IMG/VR virus record: IMGVR_UViG_3300017735_000009
Span: 1 to 55,195 of that record
DNA length: 55,195 nucleotides
Strand: one strand, 5' to 3'
Origin: a virus
Taxonomy: Duplodnaviria; Caudoviricetes
This document shows, in pieces, positions 46,462 to 54,857 of this stretch (position 1 is the stretch's first letter; each line of letters begins with the position of its first letter). The notes beneath the pieces are model-generated. The model was not told where the DNA came from, ran no database searches, and saw nothing but the letters and a program-made list of their open reading frames with translations. The translations under genes were made by a program, and so were the position numbers.

Positions 46462-47198
46462 TACTTATTTGTGGGTTTATCAAATAAGTTAATAATCTTA
46501 CCTTCCTTGGGCATAGGTGCTTCTTCTTTAATATCCTTGCCTGCAAGTTCCAGCATTACACTCTTAAACACATTTTCTACTTCGCTTTCAATGTCGTCAA
46601 ACATCTGCATGTTCTTTTGATCAATGTTTAGTTCTGATTTTTTCTTTATCCAGTCACTGTATTCTTCTTGTGTCTTAGCAACTTTATCATATGTTGTAAC
46701 ATCTTCTCTATACCACCATGGTATATCCCAATATGTTTTATCACCTAACCATTCTTTTAATGTAGGTAATGGGTAATCGTCTTCGGCATCTGCTGAGTAA
46801 CTGTATTTTACCTTGTCGTCTTTGTCGTACATGGTTACTCTGGTAATGTAGGAATCTTCTTCTATGATACTATTCAGTTTGCAATGTATTGCCGCACACA
46901 CTGTATTTTCTGTGAGGTCTGGTAACAATACAAAATTATTGTTTAGTTCGTAAAAGTCTAACTCAGTACCCTCAAACATAAGAGACTGATTTAGTATTCC
47001 TTCTATCCAACCCATTGCTTTACCAAAACTTACATTTTGTTTGATCTGTGCATTCATTATTGAGTCTTCATCTACAGCACTTACTGATGTTAACATATCA
47101 AATGTTAAATCAACGTTTTGTATTAAAATGCTCTTACCTTCCTGCGAGTATATCAGCAGTTGTATTGGGAATGTTTTTTCTAATGTAAATTTGCTCAT
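46461..47198 (-). CDS. hypothetical protein
   Basis: 245-aa ORF with PWW.R.D motif. Confidence 0.7.
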   Translation of the reverse strand: MSKFTLEKTFPIQLLIYSQEGKSILIQNVDLTFDMLTSVSAVDEDSIMNAQIKQNVSFGKAMGWIEGILNQSLMFEGTELDFYELNNNFVLLPDLTENTVCAAIHCKLNSIIEEDSYITRVTMYDKDDKVKYSYSADAEDDYPLPTLKEWLGDKTYWDIPWWYREDVTTYDKVAKTQEEYSDWIKKKSELNIDQKNMQMFDDIESEVENVFKSVMLELAGKDIKEEAPMPKEGKIINLFDKPTNK

Positions 47199-47518
47199 GT
47201 GTTTTTGTCCTTTGGTAGGTAACTGTGTACCATAATATCTAACATCACTGTTTCATCGTACTCAGGTTCTGTTACAGTGCTTTCCATTTCGCCTATGTCT
47301 AAGGCTGTGTTTTGGTTCTTATCCGCTTTGAGTCTTGCTCTTGCAAAACTATCGTTGTTTGCCTGCATTGCCATTTCTAACATTGCTGATAATTGATTAA
47401 ACATAGGTGTACCCTGCGGTACTTTGTGCATACGTTTTGTTATCTTAGATATCTCATCGCCTATTTTATCTTCTTTGAGATTATTGACATAATCATAGTA
47501 ATCAAAATGTTCGCTCAT
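47195..47518 (-). CDS. hypothetical protein
   Basis: 107-aa coupled ORF. Confidence 0.7.
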   Translation of the reverse strand: MSEHFDYYDYVNNLKEDKIGDEISKITKRMHKVPQGTPMFNQLSAMLEMAMQANNDSFARARLKADKNQNTALDIGEMESTVTEPEYDETVMLDIMVHSYLPKDKNT

Positions 47519-47817
47519 CGTTCGTACTCCTGCAATCCACTTAGTAAGGCTAATGCTTTAGTTTCTGTATCACGAAACCTAACTTCACCGCTCCTCACTT
47601 GGAAGTGGAAAAACTCTTTGTAACCTAATTGTTTGAGCATTCGTTGTACTGGTAACATCTTGTTCTTTTTTAACTTAACTCTGGTTTGTCTCCAGTCCAT
47701 CCACAACTCAAAAAATACTGCTGTTCGCTTACGCACATCAGCAAGTTCATACTCGTTGTTGAAATATTCACGCATTAAATCCTTGTCAAATATTTCTGAG
47801 TATGTTTTACTATGCAT
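47515..47817 (-). CDS. hypothetical protein
   Basis: 100-aa coupled ORF. Confidence 0.7.
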   Translation of the reverse strand: MHSKTYSEIFDKDLMREYFNNEYELADVRKRTAVFFELWMDWRQTRVKLKKNKMLPVQRMLKQLGYKEFFHFQVRSGEVRFRDTETKALALLSGLQEYER

Positions 47818-48652
47818 AGTGTTGCCTCAGTGAATCTTCTTTGATAGATAGGTATTGCTTACGCATTCTAAAGATCAAATCCATTCCAGGCAATGCATTG
47901 GGTATTAGGTTTTCAATACTGTAACTGTTTTCTGTGCCTACTGCAATACAATTATATCCTACAATCTTGTGATTCATTGTGCCGTAGTTTAGTTTTTCAG
48001 GCTTGTCAAATTTCTTAAGTTCTATGTTTGCAAATGCACATGCAGATGTAGTGTGCCATACGTCATGCGTTTCACATATCAGTGTAGGCATGTTTCTGCT
48101 GATATTACTTTTGTTAACTAAAATAGTGAATCTATTGTTCTCACTGGTTAACATATTATAAGTATCACTGCTTGATGAGAATTTAAATCCCATTGCGTCT
48201 TGGTAGAAGTCCATCATGGTATTTGTACATGCATTGTACACAACACCATTCATGTTAGTTAATCCTAATGTTTGGTCTTCGTTGTTTGGACTGACCAATG
48301 AGAATATGTTTAACTTTGTTTCAGTGTCTATGTCATTGAGATTGACGTGTATGATTCGTGTGCCGCATGTATCATTGGATATAAACATTCCCAAGTCTTC
48401 ATCTAACCATGCGTTTAATGTGTCGGGGTCTTCATTGCTGGTAAGTCCTAATCCAGTAATGCCCGGCATTGTTACGTTGTCTGTTTCTCTGATTAGCATG
48501 ATGCACAAACCCTGCACCCACATAGTAATACTGCCATCCTCGTTTGTGGTTCTGGGGTTGAATTTTAGTTGTCCTAATCTATCCTGAATCTCATCTCTGG
48601 AATTCTGTAATGGATTGTAACTGTATTCGATGAAACTGTAATTTCCTATCAT
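47810..48652 (-). CDS. VOC / 4-hydroxyphenylpyruvate dioxygenase-like fold, degenerate
   Basis: YSFIEY...L..LKF...ITMWVQG...MLI and DFYQDAMGF resemble the two VOC domains of HPPD. Confidence 0.45.
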   Translation of the reverse strand: MIGNYSFIEYSYNPLQNSRDEIQDRLGQLKFNPRTTNEDGSITMWVQGLCIMLIRETDNVTMPGITGLGLTSNEDPDTLNAWLDEDLGMFISNDTCGTRIIHVNLNDIDTETKLNIFSLVSPNNEDQTLGLTNMNGVVYNACTNTMMDFYQDAMGFKFSSSSDTYNMLTSENNRFTILVNKSNISRNMPTLICETHDVWHTTSACAFANIELKKFDKPEKLNYGTMNHKIVGYNCIAVGTENSYSIENLIPNALPGMDLIFRMRKQYLSIKEDSLRQHYA

Positions 48653-49014
48653 ATTTCAAATGTCACGCTCTCACCACAGCCACATTTACTACTGGCTAAA
48701 GGTGAAGTTATATCTATCATGTTGCCTGCTATGCCTGTGATCTTATCAACCACACTGCCTGCAAGATAAGGTTTGCTCATGTCGTCTAACCAGAATTGAA
48801 AACCTTCGTATTCTTTGGACCACTCGGTAAGTTTGATGTCACCCAGTTCCTTGACCAGTTCCCATTCATAGGCATATCCGGCACAGCCGCCGCCTGTTAA
48901 TTTTAATCGTACACCTAATGCTTCACTGTCTTGTGATACTTGCTTAAAGTGTTTTTGGGCGCCATCAGTGAGAGTGATTAGTTCTTCCTGTGGATTAAAT
49001 GTTTTCATTTCCAT
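48649..49014 (-). CDS. iscA: A-type Fe-S carrier (IscA/SufA/HesB)
   Basis: ITLTD.A, GVRL...GGGCAGYAY and CGCGES. Confidence 0.9.
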   Translation of the reverse strand: MEMKTFNPQEELITLTDGAQKHFKQVSQDSEALGVRLKLTGGGCAGYAYEWELVKELGDIKLTEWSKEYEGFQFWLDDMSKPYLAGSVVDKITGIAGNMIDITSPLASSKCGCGESVTFEI

Positions 49015-49018
49015 ACTA

Positions 49019-49519
49019 CTATTTAACCGTTTTTAGTCTTAAATTTGCTACGTATCGGATGCCTTTTGTCACTGGTGTTACACCGTGTTCTGCATCGTAA
49101 GTATAATAAACGGCATCTCCTATATTAAGTTTCTGCTTTCTATTATTTATAACCATGTCCCCACCTTCGTATTCGTTAGGGTCATTTAATTGTATTATCA
49201 AACTAACGTCACTTTGCGACTGCGTTGTGCTGTTGTATGTGTCTAAGTGCGGTTCTATGTAGCATCCAACGTTATACTTCAGCACACGGGCGTATATTAG
49301 CTCTAAGCGGTGGTTTAAACGTGGTTCTATGTGTTCCCAATAAGGTTTAAACTCGTCTTTTGAGAACTCTGACACCATAAAATGCCCAATTCCACTTGGA
49401 TAATGTCTGTCTCTAATTTGGTTTTCTATTGAAACTCGGTTAGGTAAAGTCCTGTATAGGTCTAATAAAAATGCTGTTAAATCAGACGTTAAAAGGTTTT
49501 TAGACTTGGTTATCACCAA
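49019..49519 (-). CDS. 2OG-Fe(II) oxygenase
   Basis: HLD, SLIIQLNDP.EYEGG and HGVTPVTKGIRY. Confidence 0.88.
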   Translation of the reverse strand: MVITKSKNLLTSDLTAFLLDLYRTLPNRVSIENQIRDRHYPSGIGHFMVSEFSKDEFKPYWEHIEPRLNHRLELIYARVLKYNVGCYIEPHLDTYNSTTQSQSDVSLIIQLNDPNEYEGGDMVINNRKQKLNIGDAVYYTYDAEHGVTPVTKGIRYVANLRLKTVK

Positions 49520-49526
49520 ACATTCC

Positions 49527-50117
49527 CTATGCTCTGTTAGAGATAATTTCGTCTACTAAACCAAAGTCAAGTGCTTCTTGAGCCGTCATAAAGTTATCAC
49601 GATCCATTGCTGATTCAAATTGTTCGTATGTTTTGCCCTTGGTGTTGTGCTTAACGTATGCTTCTGTGAGTTCACGTTTGATACGCACAATCTCTTTAGC
49701 ACGGATTTCGATATCACTTGCTTGTCCTTGAGCACCACCTAATGGTTGATGAATCATGTGCCTTGCACCTGGTAACATAAAACGTTTACCAGCCGCACCA
49801 CTGTTAGCAAGGAAACTGCCCATGCTGGCCGCTTGTCCCATTACAATAGTACTAACGTCTGGCTTAATGTATTGCATTGTGTCATACATTGCCATACCTG
49901 ATGTTACTGCACCACCCGGTGAGTTGATATAAAAGTTAATATCAGCATCTGGGTCGTCTGCTTCGAGGAAAAGTAGTTGGGCACAAATGCTGTTTGATAC
50001 TGCATCATTTACTTCGCCGTTTAAAAACACAATACGTTCTTTGAGCATTCTCGAATAGATATCGTAACTACGTTCTCCTTGTGCTGTTTTTTCAATTACA
50101 TATGGTACAAAGTTCAT
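49527..50117 (-). CDS. clpP: ATP-dependent Clp protease proteolytic subunit
   Basis: YDIYSR, YINSPGG, GQAASMG, MIHQP and DRDNFM. Confidence 0.97.
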   Translation of the reverse strand: MNFVPYVIEKTAQGERSYDIYSRMLKERIVFLNGEVNDAVSNSICAQLLFLEADDPDADINFYINSPGGAVTSGMAMYDTMQYIKPDVSTIVMGQAASMGSFLANSGAAGKRFMLPGARHMIHQPLGGAQGQASDIEIRAKEIVRIKRELTEAYVKHNTKGKTYEQFESAMDRDNFMTAQEALDFGLVDEIISNRA

Positions 50118-50144
50118 TTAATTTCCTCTTTAGTTAAGTTACAC

Positions 50145-50173
50145 ATTATACATGCTTAACTGTTGTTTGTCAA
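50145..50173 (-). promoter_or_regulatory. sigma70-type promoter TTGACA-N17-TATAAT
   Basis: Upstream of clpP. Confidence 0.7.
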
Positions 50174-50536
50174 GTTATGAATGCGGTTAAGCATTTTAGA
50201 AAAACCTATTAGTTCATCTCTGCTTAATCCACGTGTTATATCTTTGAAGTCTATAAAATTAATACCGGCAGTGTTGTCGGTCATATTATAAACATCAGTT
50301 AAAATTTTTCCCAAGCCTTTTGTTTTTATTGCATCGCTGTCAAACACAATGTTGTCATCTACTTTGTCAATCCAACAATTATTTTTACACCCTTTGATGT
50401 AATTGGATCGCACTCTCAATTCACTGGTGTTGGATGTCGATAATGCATTACCCAAAGTAACCAACCATGCATCAAAATCATTCTGCGATTGGAAACTGTT
50501 TACTGCTGTTTTGTATTTTTCTAATATACTTGACAT
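50156..50536 (-). CDS. SufE-like Fe-S sulfur acceptor
   Basis: Start reassigned to MSSILEKY; L..LG..L, IKGC...WI, DSDA..TKGL..IL and LS......GF..M. Confidence 0.7.
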   Translation of the reverse strand: MSSILEKYKTAVNSFQSQNDFDAWLVTLGNALSTSNTSELRVRSNYIKGCKNNCWIDKVDDNIVFDSDAIKTKGLGKILTDVYNMTDNTAGINFIDFKDITRGLSRDELIGFSKMLNRIHNLTNNS

Positions 50537-50560
50537 GCAACTATTTATAGGTGCAGATAT

Positions 50561-50593
50561 AAAAAAGCCAGTATTAATGACTAACACTGGCTT
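50561..50593 (-). terminator. intrinsic terminator
   Basis: AAGCCAGTGTTAG-TCA-TTAATACTGGCTT-TTTT. Confidence 0.75.
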
Positions 50594-50639
50594 GGTACTG
50601 TTCTTATTTTTAGTGGGTAGAAAAGATTTGCGGTTTAGA

Positions 50640-50819
50640 TTACCATACGATAATCGGTTCCATAGCCAACCACATAAACCATAATGTAAACATTAAGCCG
50701 CCTAAGGCGCCTAAGTCCTGACAAGTTTGTCCATCTGGACAAAACTTCTCTTTGAATGTCTGCATTGACTTATAAGTGCTACGGAGCAAATCCTTACTAC
50801 CATTTACGATAGCAGTCAT
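50640..50819 (-). CDS. small membrane peptide (59 aa) with CxxxxxC
   Basis: AAGGAGG RBS before MTAIV; FCPDGQTC followed by a C-terminal TM segment. Confidence 0.7.
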   Translation of the reverse strand: MTAIVNGSKDLLRSTYKSMQTFKEKFCPDGQTCQDLGALGGLMFTLWFMWLAMEPIIVW

Positions 50820-51010
50820 ATTGCCTCCTTTTAAAGCACTCTCATTCACAGATTCTTACGAACTCTGCTCGGGGGTTAAAGTTCCTAAACTTTTATATTG
50901 ACTTCGTATTGTTGTATCTTCACGATGAGATCTACAGCGGATACACACCGCTTCAACCGACAATCAATCAACCGTCCCGTTGTGGAAGAGAGAGTTAGTT
51001 CATCTTCCAT
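50820..51010 (-). ncRNA. putative structured 5' leader RNA
   Basis: Non-coding ~190 nt between a late promoter motif and the RBS, with four hairpins (see findings). Confidence 0.45.
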
Positions 51011-51013
51011 GAG

Positions 51014-51022
51014 TATTTATCA
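51014..51022 (-). promoter_or_regulatory. late promoter-like TGATAAATA
   Basis: Immediately upstream of the first hairpin of the leader. Confidence 0.6.
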
Positions 51023-51062
51023 ATCATTAACTGATGTGTTAAGTTTTCCGGTTATTTTGATC

Positions 51063-51091
51063 AAAAAAAAGCATACCGGAAAAGTATGCTT
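51063..51091 (-). terminator. intrinsic terminator
   Basis: AAGCATAC-TTTTCCG-GTATGC followed by T8. Confidence 0.75.
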
Positions 51092-51105
51092 AATTTTTGG
51101 TAAAG

Positions 51106-51420
51106 TTACTTCTGTTTTGCTTTATGACCTTTTTTAAGATCTGCAATCATTGTATCTTTGTTTTTCTTCTTGTCTAACTCAATTCCAAATTCCAGACCCA
51201 TCTCTACGAGTTGTGCCTTAGTTTTCTTTTTAAGTTGTCCAGGAGTAGGCAGTTTTTTAAGTTCTGCTTTTACACCAGCCTTAACATTTTTAGTTGCTTC
51301 TTTAAGATCTAAAACATTGATGTCGCCATCTTTGTTAATGTCTAAAGAACCAGCGTCCTTGTTAAAGTACCAGTATAATCCACCTGCAACAAGAAGTGCT
51401 CCAATAATAATAAATTCCAT
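51106..51420 (-). CDS. membrane-anchored protein with EF-hand-like loop and HeH/Rho-N-like C-terminus
   Basis: N-terminal TM, DINKDGDINVLD, LKKKTKAQLVEMG...GIELDKKKNK..MI. Confidence 0.65.
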   Translation of the reverse strand: MEFIIIGALLVAGGLYWYFNKDAGSLDINKDGDINVLDLKEATKNVKAGVKAELKKLPTPGQLKKKTKAQLVEMGLEFGIELDKKKNKDTMIADLKKGHKAKQK

Positions 51421-51422
51421 TG

Positions 51423-52367
51423 TTAACTCCTTATATAGATATCTAATTTATCCAAGTCCTCATATCTCGATGAGTCCATGGGGTGATCAAGATTGAAAGG
51501 ATTTGATCGTTTGTAAGTAGTACTCCTCACTCGACTAATAACAGCCTCGACTATCTCTCTATCTCTCTCGGTTAATGAATCTAAATCAATTCCTCCTCTC
51601 ATAATTTTGAAAAGTGCAAGATCAAATTCAAGGTAACTAAAACCAAATTGGTCCTCGTCACCGTTTGCAATACCCAAACCGTCTGTGGGTTTTGCTTCCA
51701 CAATACTTTGCGGAACACCAAGAAGCTCTGCTAATGCAGGAACTTCCCAGCTCTTGGTCAATGCTTGGATAGGTGAGACGTCACCAACGTCACCATGCAA
51801 TGTCCAAAAACCTGCCGCAAGTTCTGAGAAGTTATCTGTACTTGCCACACAACCTCCAAGTTTACTTGCTAAATTATAAAGTGTAATCATTCTAAGTCTT
51901 GCTCGAATGTTACCCTTTCTAATGTTTTGGTCTTTCATGTTGTTATCAACAAGTTCTTTGTTAAAGTCAACATCAATGTTTTTATAAAATTCTACTAATT
52001 GATCAAATGCAGATGTGAGGTCGATCACTTCTTTGTTGATCTCCAGTGCCTCACATGCCTCTTCCCCTCTTGCCGTCTCGGTTGGATCTTGATGTATTGG
52101 CATAACAACGCCTGTTACATTCCACCCTGCCTCTTTAAATAATGCGGCTGTTACGGCACTATCAATGCCACCACTCATACCAATAGTGATATTTTCAATG
52201 TTATGCTTTATGCGATACTCTGCAAGACCTGTTACAAGTCTACTGCGTAATACTGATATATCGTTGTGATACAAGCCAAATGCTATTTGTTCGTCAAGCA
52301 TTGTGCTAAACCAGTCGCTTAATTCTGGATTCCTATTTAGTTTTAGGATATTGTCTTTTAAGTTCAT
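51423..52367 (-). CDS. nadE: NH3-dependent NAD+ synthetase
   Basis: GMSGGIDSA, GNIRARLRM, T.N.SE..AGFWTLHGD, PTDGL and DEDQ.G.SY. Confidence 0.93.
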   Translation of the reverse strand: MNLKDNILKLNRNPELSDWFSTMLDEQIAFGLYHNDISVLRSRLVTGLAEYRIKHNIENITIGMSGGIDSAVTAALFKEAGWNVTGVVMPIHQDPTETARGEEACEALEINKEVIDLTSAFDQLVEFYKNIDVDFNKELVDNNMKDQNIRKGNIRARLRMITLYNLASKLGGCVASTDNFSELAAGFWTLHGDVGDVSPIQALTKSWEVPALAELLGVPQSIVEAKPTDGLGIANGDEDQFGFSYLEFDLALFKIMRGGIDLDSLTERDREIVEAVISRVRSTTYKRSNPFNLDHPMDSSRYEDLDKLDIYIRS

Positions 52368-52413
52368 ACGTTTATTTATGTGTTATAACCCTGTTAAATT
52401 AATAATATGGCCG

Positions 52414-53466
52414 TTAGTCGCCTACGGTTAGGTTCTCGTAAACCGTATTATACTGCCTGCCGTTGTTTACTTGCACAAATGTAGTGCGTTTACTAAGTTC
52501 TTTTAAACTCTTTGCGCCAACATAAGTACAAGTACTGCGGAGACCGCCAAGTATGTCTCCAACAATGGGTCCAACTGGACCTTTGTAAGGAACCTGTACG
52601 ACTCTGCCTTCACTTGCTCTATATTCTTTTGTACCACCATGTTGCTCCTGTGCTTCGTTTGAACTCATGCCGTAGAATTTAACCACGCCACCTTCTATTT
52701 CGCCGCCACCTTCATCTGTGCCTGCTAACATTCCACCCAGCATCACAAAGTCTGCTCCGGCTCCAAATGCTTTTGCTACGTCTCCCGAACTACTACATCC
52801 GCCATCGGCAATGATGTGTCCGCCAAGACCATGAGCGGCATCGGCACACTCAATGACTGCTGATAATTGTGGATAACCCACACCAGTTTTAATACGAGTA
52901 GTGCAAACACTACCAGGGCCAATGCCCACTTTAACGATATCCGCTCCACGTAAAATTAACTCCTCTGTGATATCAGGCGTTACAACGTTGCCTGCAATTA
53001 TTGTTGTAGTTGGAAACTTTTCTCTGAACAAACTTACTGCTTCGAGAAAACGTTCTGAGTATCCATTAGCAACATCAATACACAGATAATCTATTGCTCT
53101 ACTTAGTTTTAATGTTTTTTCTGTTCTTTCTATTTCGTCAGCAGTAATACCTGTGCTGACTGCAATGGTTCTACATAAATCATCTTTGTGTTGATTATTA
53201 TTTAACCAATCCCAAACCTCTGCTGAACTGTAATCCTTTTTAAGCACTGTGAATAGTCCGTGCTTTGCTAAAGGCAGTGCCATTGATGTAGTGCCAACGC
53301 CATCCATGTTAGCGGCCATAATAGGCACACCACTGTATGTTTTACCGCTGTTCCTAAATGTATATGATCGATTGAGGTCTACTTCTTTACGGCTACCCAT
53401 TTCACTACGTTTAGGTCTAAACAGCACATCACTGTAGTCTAATTTAATATCTCGTTCAATCCTCAC
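52414..53466 (-). CDS. guaC: GMP reductase
   Basis: [44 protein letters not shown] and YRASEG. Confidence 0.95.
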   Translation of the reverse strand: MRIERDIKLDYSDVLFRPKRSEMGSRKEVDLNRSYTFRNSGKTYSGVPIMAANMDGVGTTSMALPLAKHGLFTVLKKDYSSAEVWDWLNNNQHKDDLCRTIAVSTGITADEIERTEKTLKLSRAIDYLCIDVANGYSERFLEAVSLFREKFPTTTIIAGNVVTPDITEELILRGADIVKVGIGPGSVCTTRIKTGVGYPQLSAVIECADAAHGLGGHIIADGGCSSSGDVAKAFGAGADFVMLGGMLAGTDEGGGEIEGGVVKFYGMSSNEAQEQHGGTKEYRASEGRVVQVPYKGPVGPIVGDILGGLRSTCTYVGAKSLKELSKRTTFVQVNNGRQYNTVYENLTVGD

Positions 53467-53665
53467 CTTTTAATTTCCTTATGACTATATTATCTTTGGT
53501 TTCGTATTCTACCTGATCAACTACTGTTCTTGTGTATACATACCTACAAAAAACTGTTTTACCACTTACAGTTTTCCTCGGCTTTACTATAAACACTTTC
53601 TTCCATGCTGTCTTTGTTATCAGGTGTGGGTATCGAGCGTAAACAGGATGACCGTATACACTCAT
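53456..53665 (-). CDS. hypothetical protein
   Basis: 69-aa coupled ORF. Confidence 0.6.
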   Translation of the reverse strand: MSVYGHPVYARYPHLITKTAWKKVFIVKPRKTVSGKTVFCRYVYTRTVVDQVEYETKDNIVIRKLKGED

Positions 53666-54360
53666 TCGTCAAAGTATCCGTCTTCCTCTAACTGTTCGAT
53701 AGTGTAATGATCCATTTGGTCATGCCACTTTCGGTTGACGTAACCAACATGGGCATAGTATGCCTTGCCAGTTGTGTCGTTGTAATCATAGTTTGCTTCA
53801 AGTTCTTCTTTACCGTAGTAAACTGCTTCAACAAGATCTGCAAGGTCACTTTCACAACTGCCAAATCTCAATTTCTCTGCATCAAATTCTTCGTCGGTAT
53901 CTAAGAACCAAACTGCAAACGTACCTTTCTCTGAACTGTGGAATGCTAATACAGGCACTGTTTGGTCTGCATATTCCTCACTAATTTCATCTGAACTATA
54001 ACATTCTCTGCTGTACATGTGAGTAGGTTCAACAGTGATTTCATTTTCCCATGCCCAATCATCTGAACCGTCAGTTGGTACAGGGATAATTGTCCAAGTG
54101 CCATCTGAGTATGTGCCATTTTGATGTTCAAGGTCATCAACGTCATGCCAGTAACTGTCTAACATAGGTGGTGCATCAGGATTCTGTAATGCATCCTCTG
54201 GTTCTTCATCACTGTAATCATCAAAATCTGTTACTGCTTCTATGAGGTCTTCTTGATCCTCATGTTTCCAGTACTCTACAAATGCTTCTGATACTTCCCC
54301 GATGGTTAATTCACCACCGTAGTTGCCTGCTTCAATTCTATATCTATATTTTGCCATCAT
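53662..54360 (-). CDS. highly acidic hypothetical protein
   Basis: 232 aa, D/E-rich, YGGE.TIG and SSEKG.F motifs. Confidence 0.75.
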   Translation of the reverse strand: MMAKYRYRIEAGNYGGELTIGEVSEAFVEYWKHEDQEDLIEAVTDFDDYSDEEPEDALQNPDAPPMLDSYWHDVDDLEHQNGTYSDGTWTIIPVPTDGSDDWAWENEITVEPTHMYSRECYSSDEISEEYADQTVPVLAFHSSEKGTFAVWFLDTDEEFDAEKLRFGSCESDLADLVEAVYYGKEELEANYDYNDTTGKAYYAHVGYVNRKWHDQMDHYTIEQLEEDGYFDE

Positions 54361-54857
54361 AAACTCCTTGGTATAACTCTAATTCCGGATGAGCAAGTAT
54401 TATAACGTGAATACTTGTTTGTGTCAAGAAAACCTGTTACCCAAACTGCATCACCTTTCTGATATTGTAAATTTGGATCTACTTCTTGAATTATACTTCG
54501 TGCTTTGCCTTTGACTTCTATGATCAATTCAATACCATTTCTATCTTTGGATTTGCTAACAGCATTACCAACAGCATCACCTATAACTGCTCCTGCAAGT
54601 GTGGCTACTAATTGTGTTGCATCGTTCTCATCTTCTGTTGCTTCATTGGCTATATATCCGCCAATGCCTGCACCAACTGTTTTTGATGTTTGTCTACTTT
54701 CTTCTAACGTTACATTAAGTAGATCAATTATTGTGCCTGCGGTTACAGGGCATGAGTCTCTGGCATCACCAATGCTTGGAGCAGTTGGTGTGTAAGAGTT
54801 GCCAGTGGCACATGCCTGTAATAACATTACTAAACTGATAGTGAATAATTTGTTCAT
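54357..54857 (-). CDS. glycine-zipper outer-membrane lipoprotein (SlyB/Pcp-like)
   Basis: Lipobox LQAC, GAGIGG...LAGAVIG..VG and G.EL.I; start MNKLF. Confidence 0.8.
   Translation of the reverse strand: MNKLFTISLVMLLQACATGNSYTPTAPSIGDARDSCPVTAGTIIDLLNVTLEESRQTSKTVGAGIGGYIANEATEDENDATQLVATLAGAVIGDAVGNAVSKSKDRNGIELIIEVKGKARSIIQEVDPNLQYQKGDAVWVTGFLDTNKYSRYNTCSSGIRVIPRSL

Noticed and set aside
50898-51137. 79-aa + strand ORF over the leader region
   Set aside because: It has a TTG start, no RBS and crosses a terminator; the region is better explained as a minus-strand leader.
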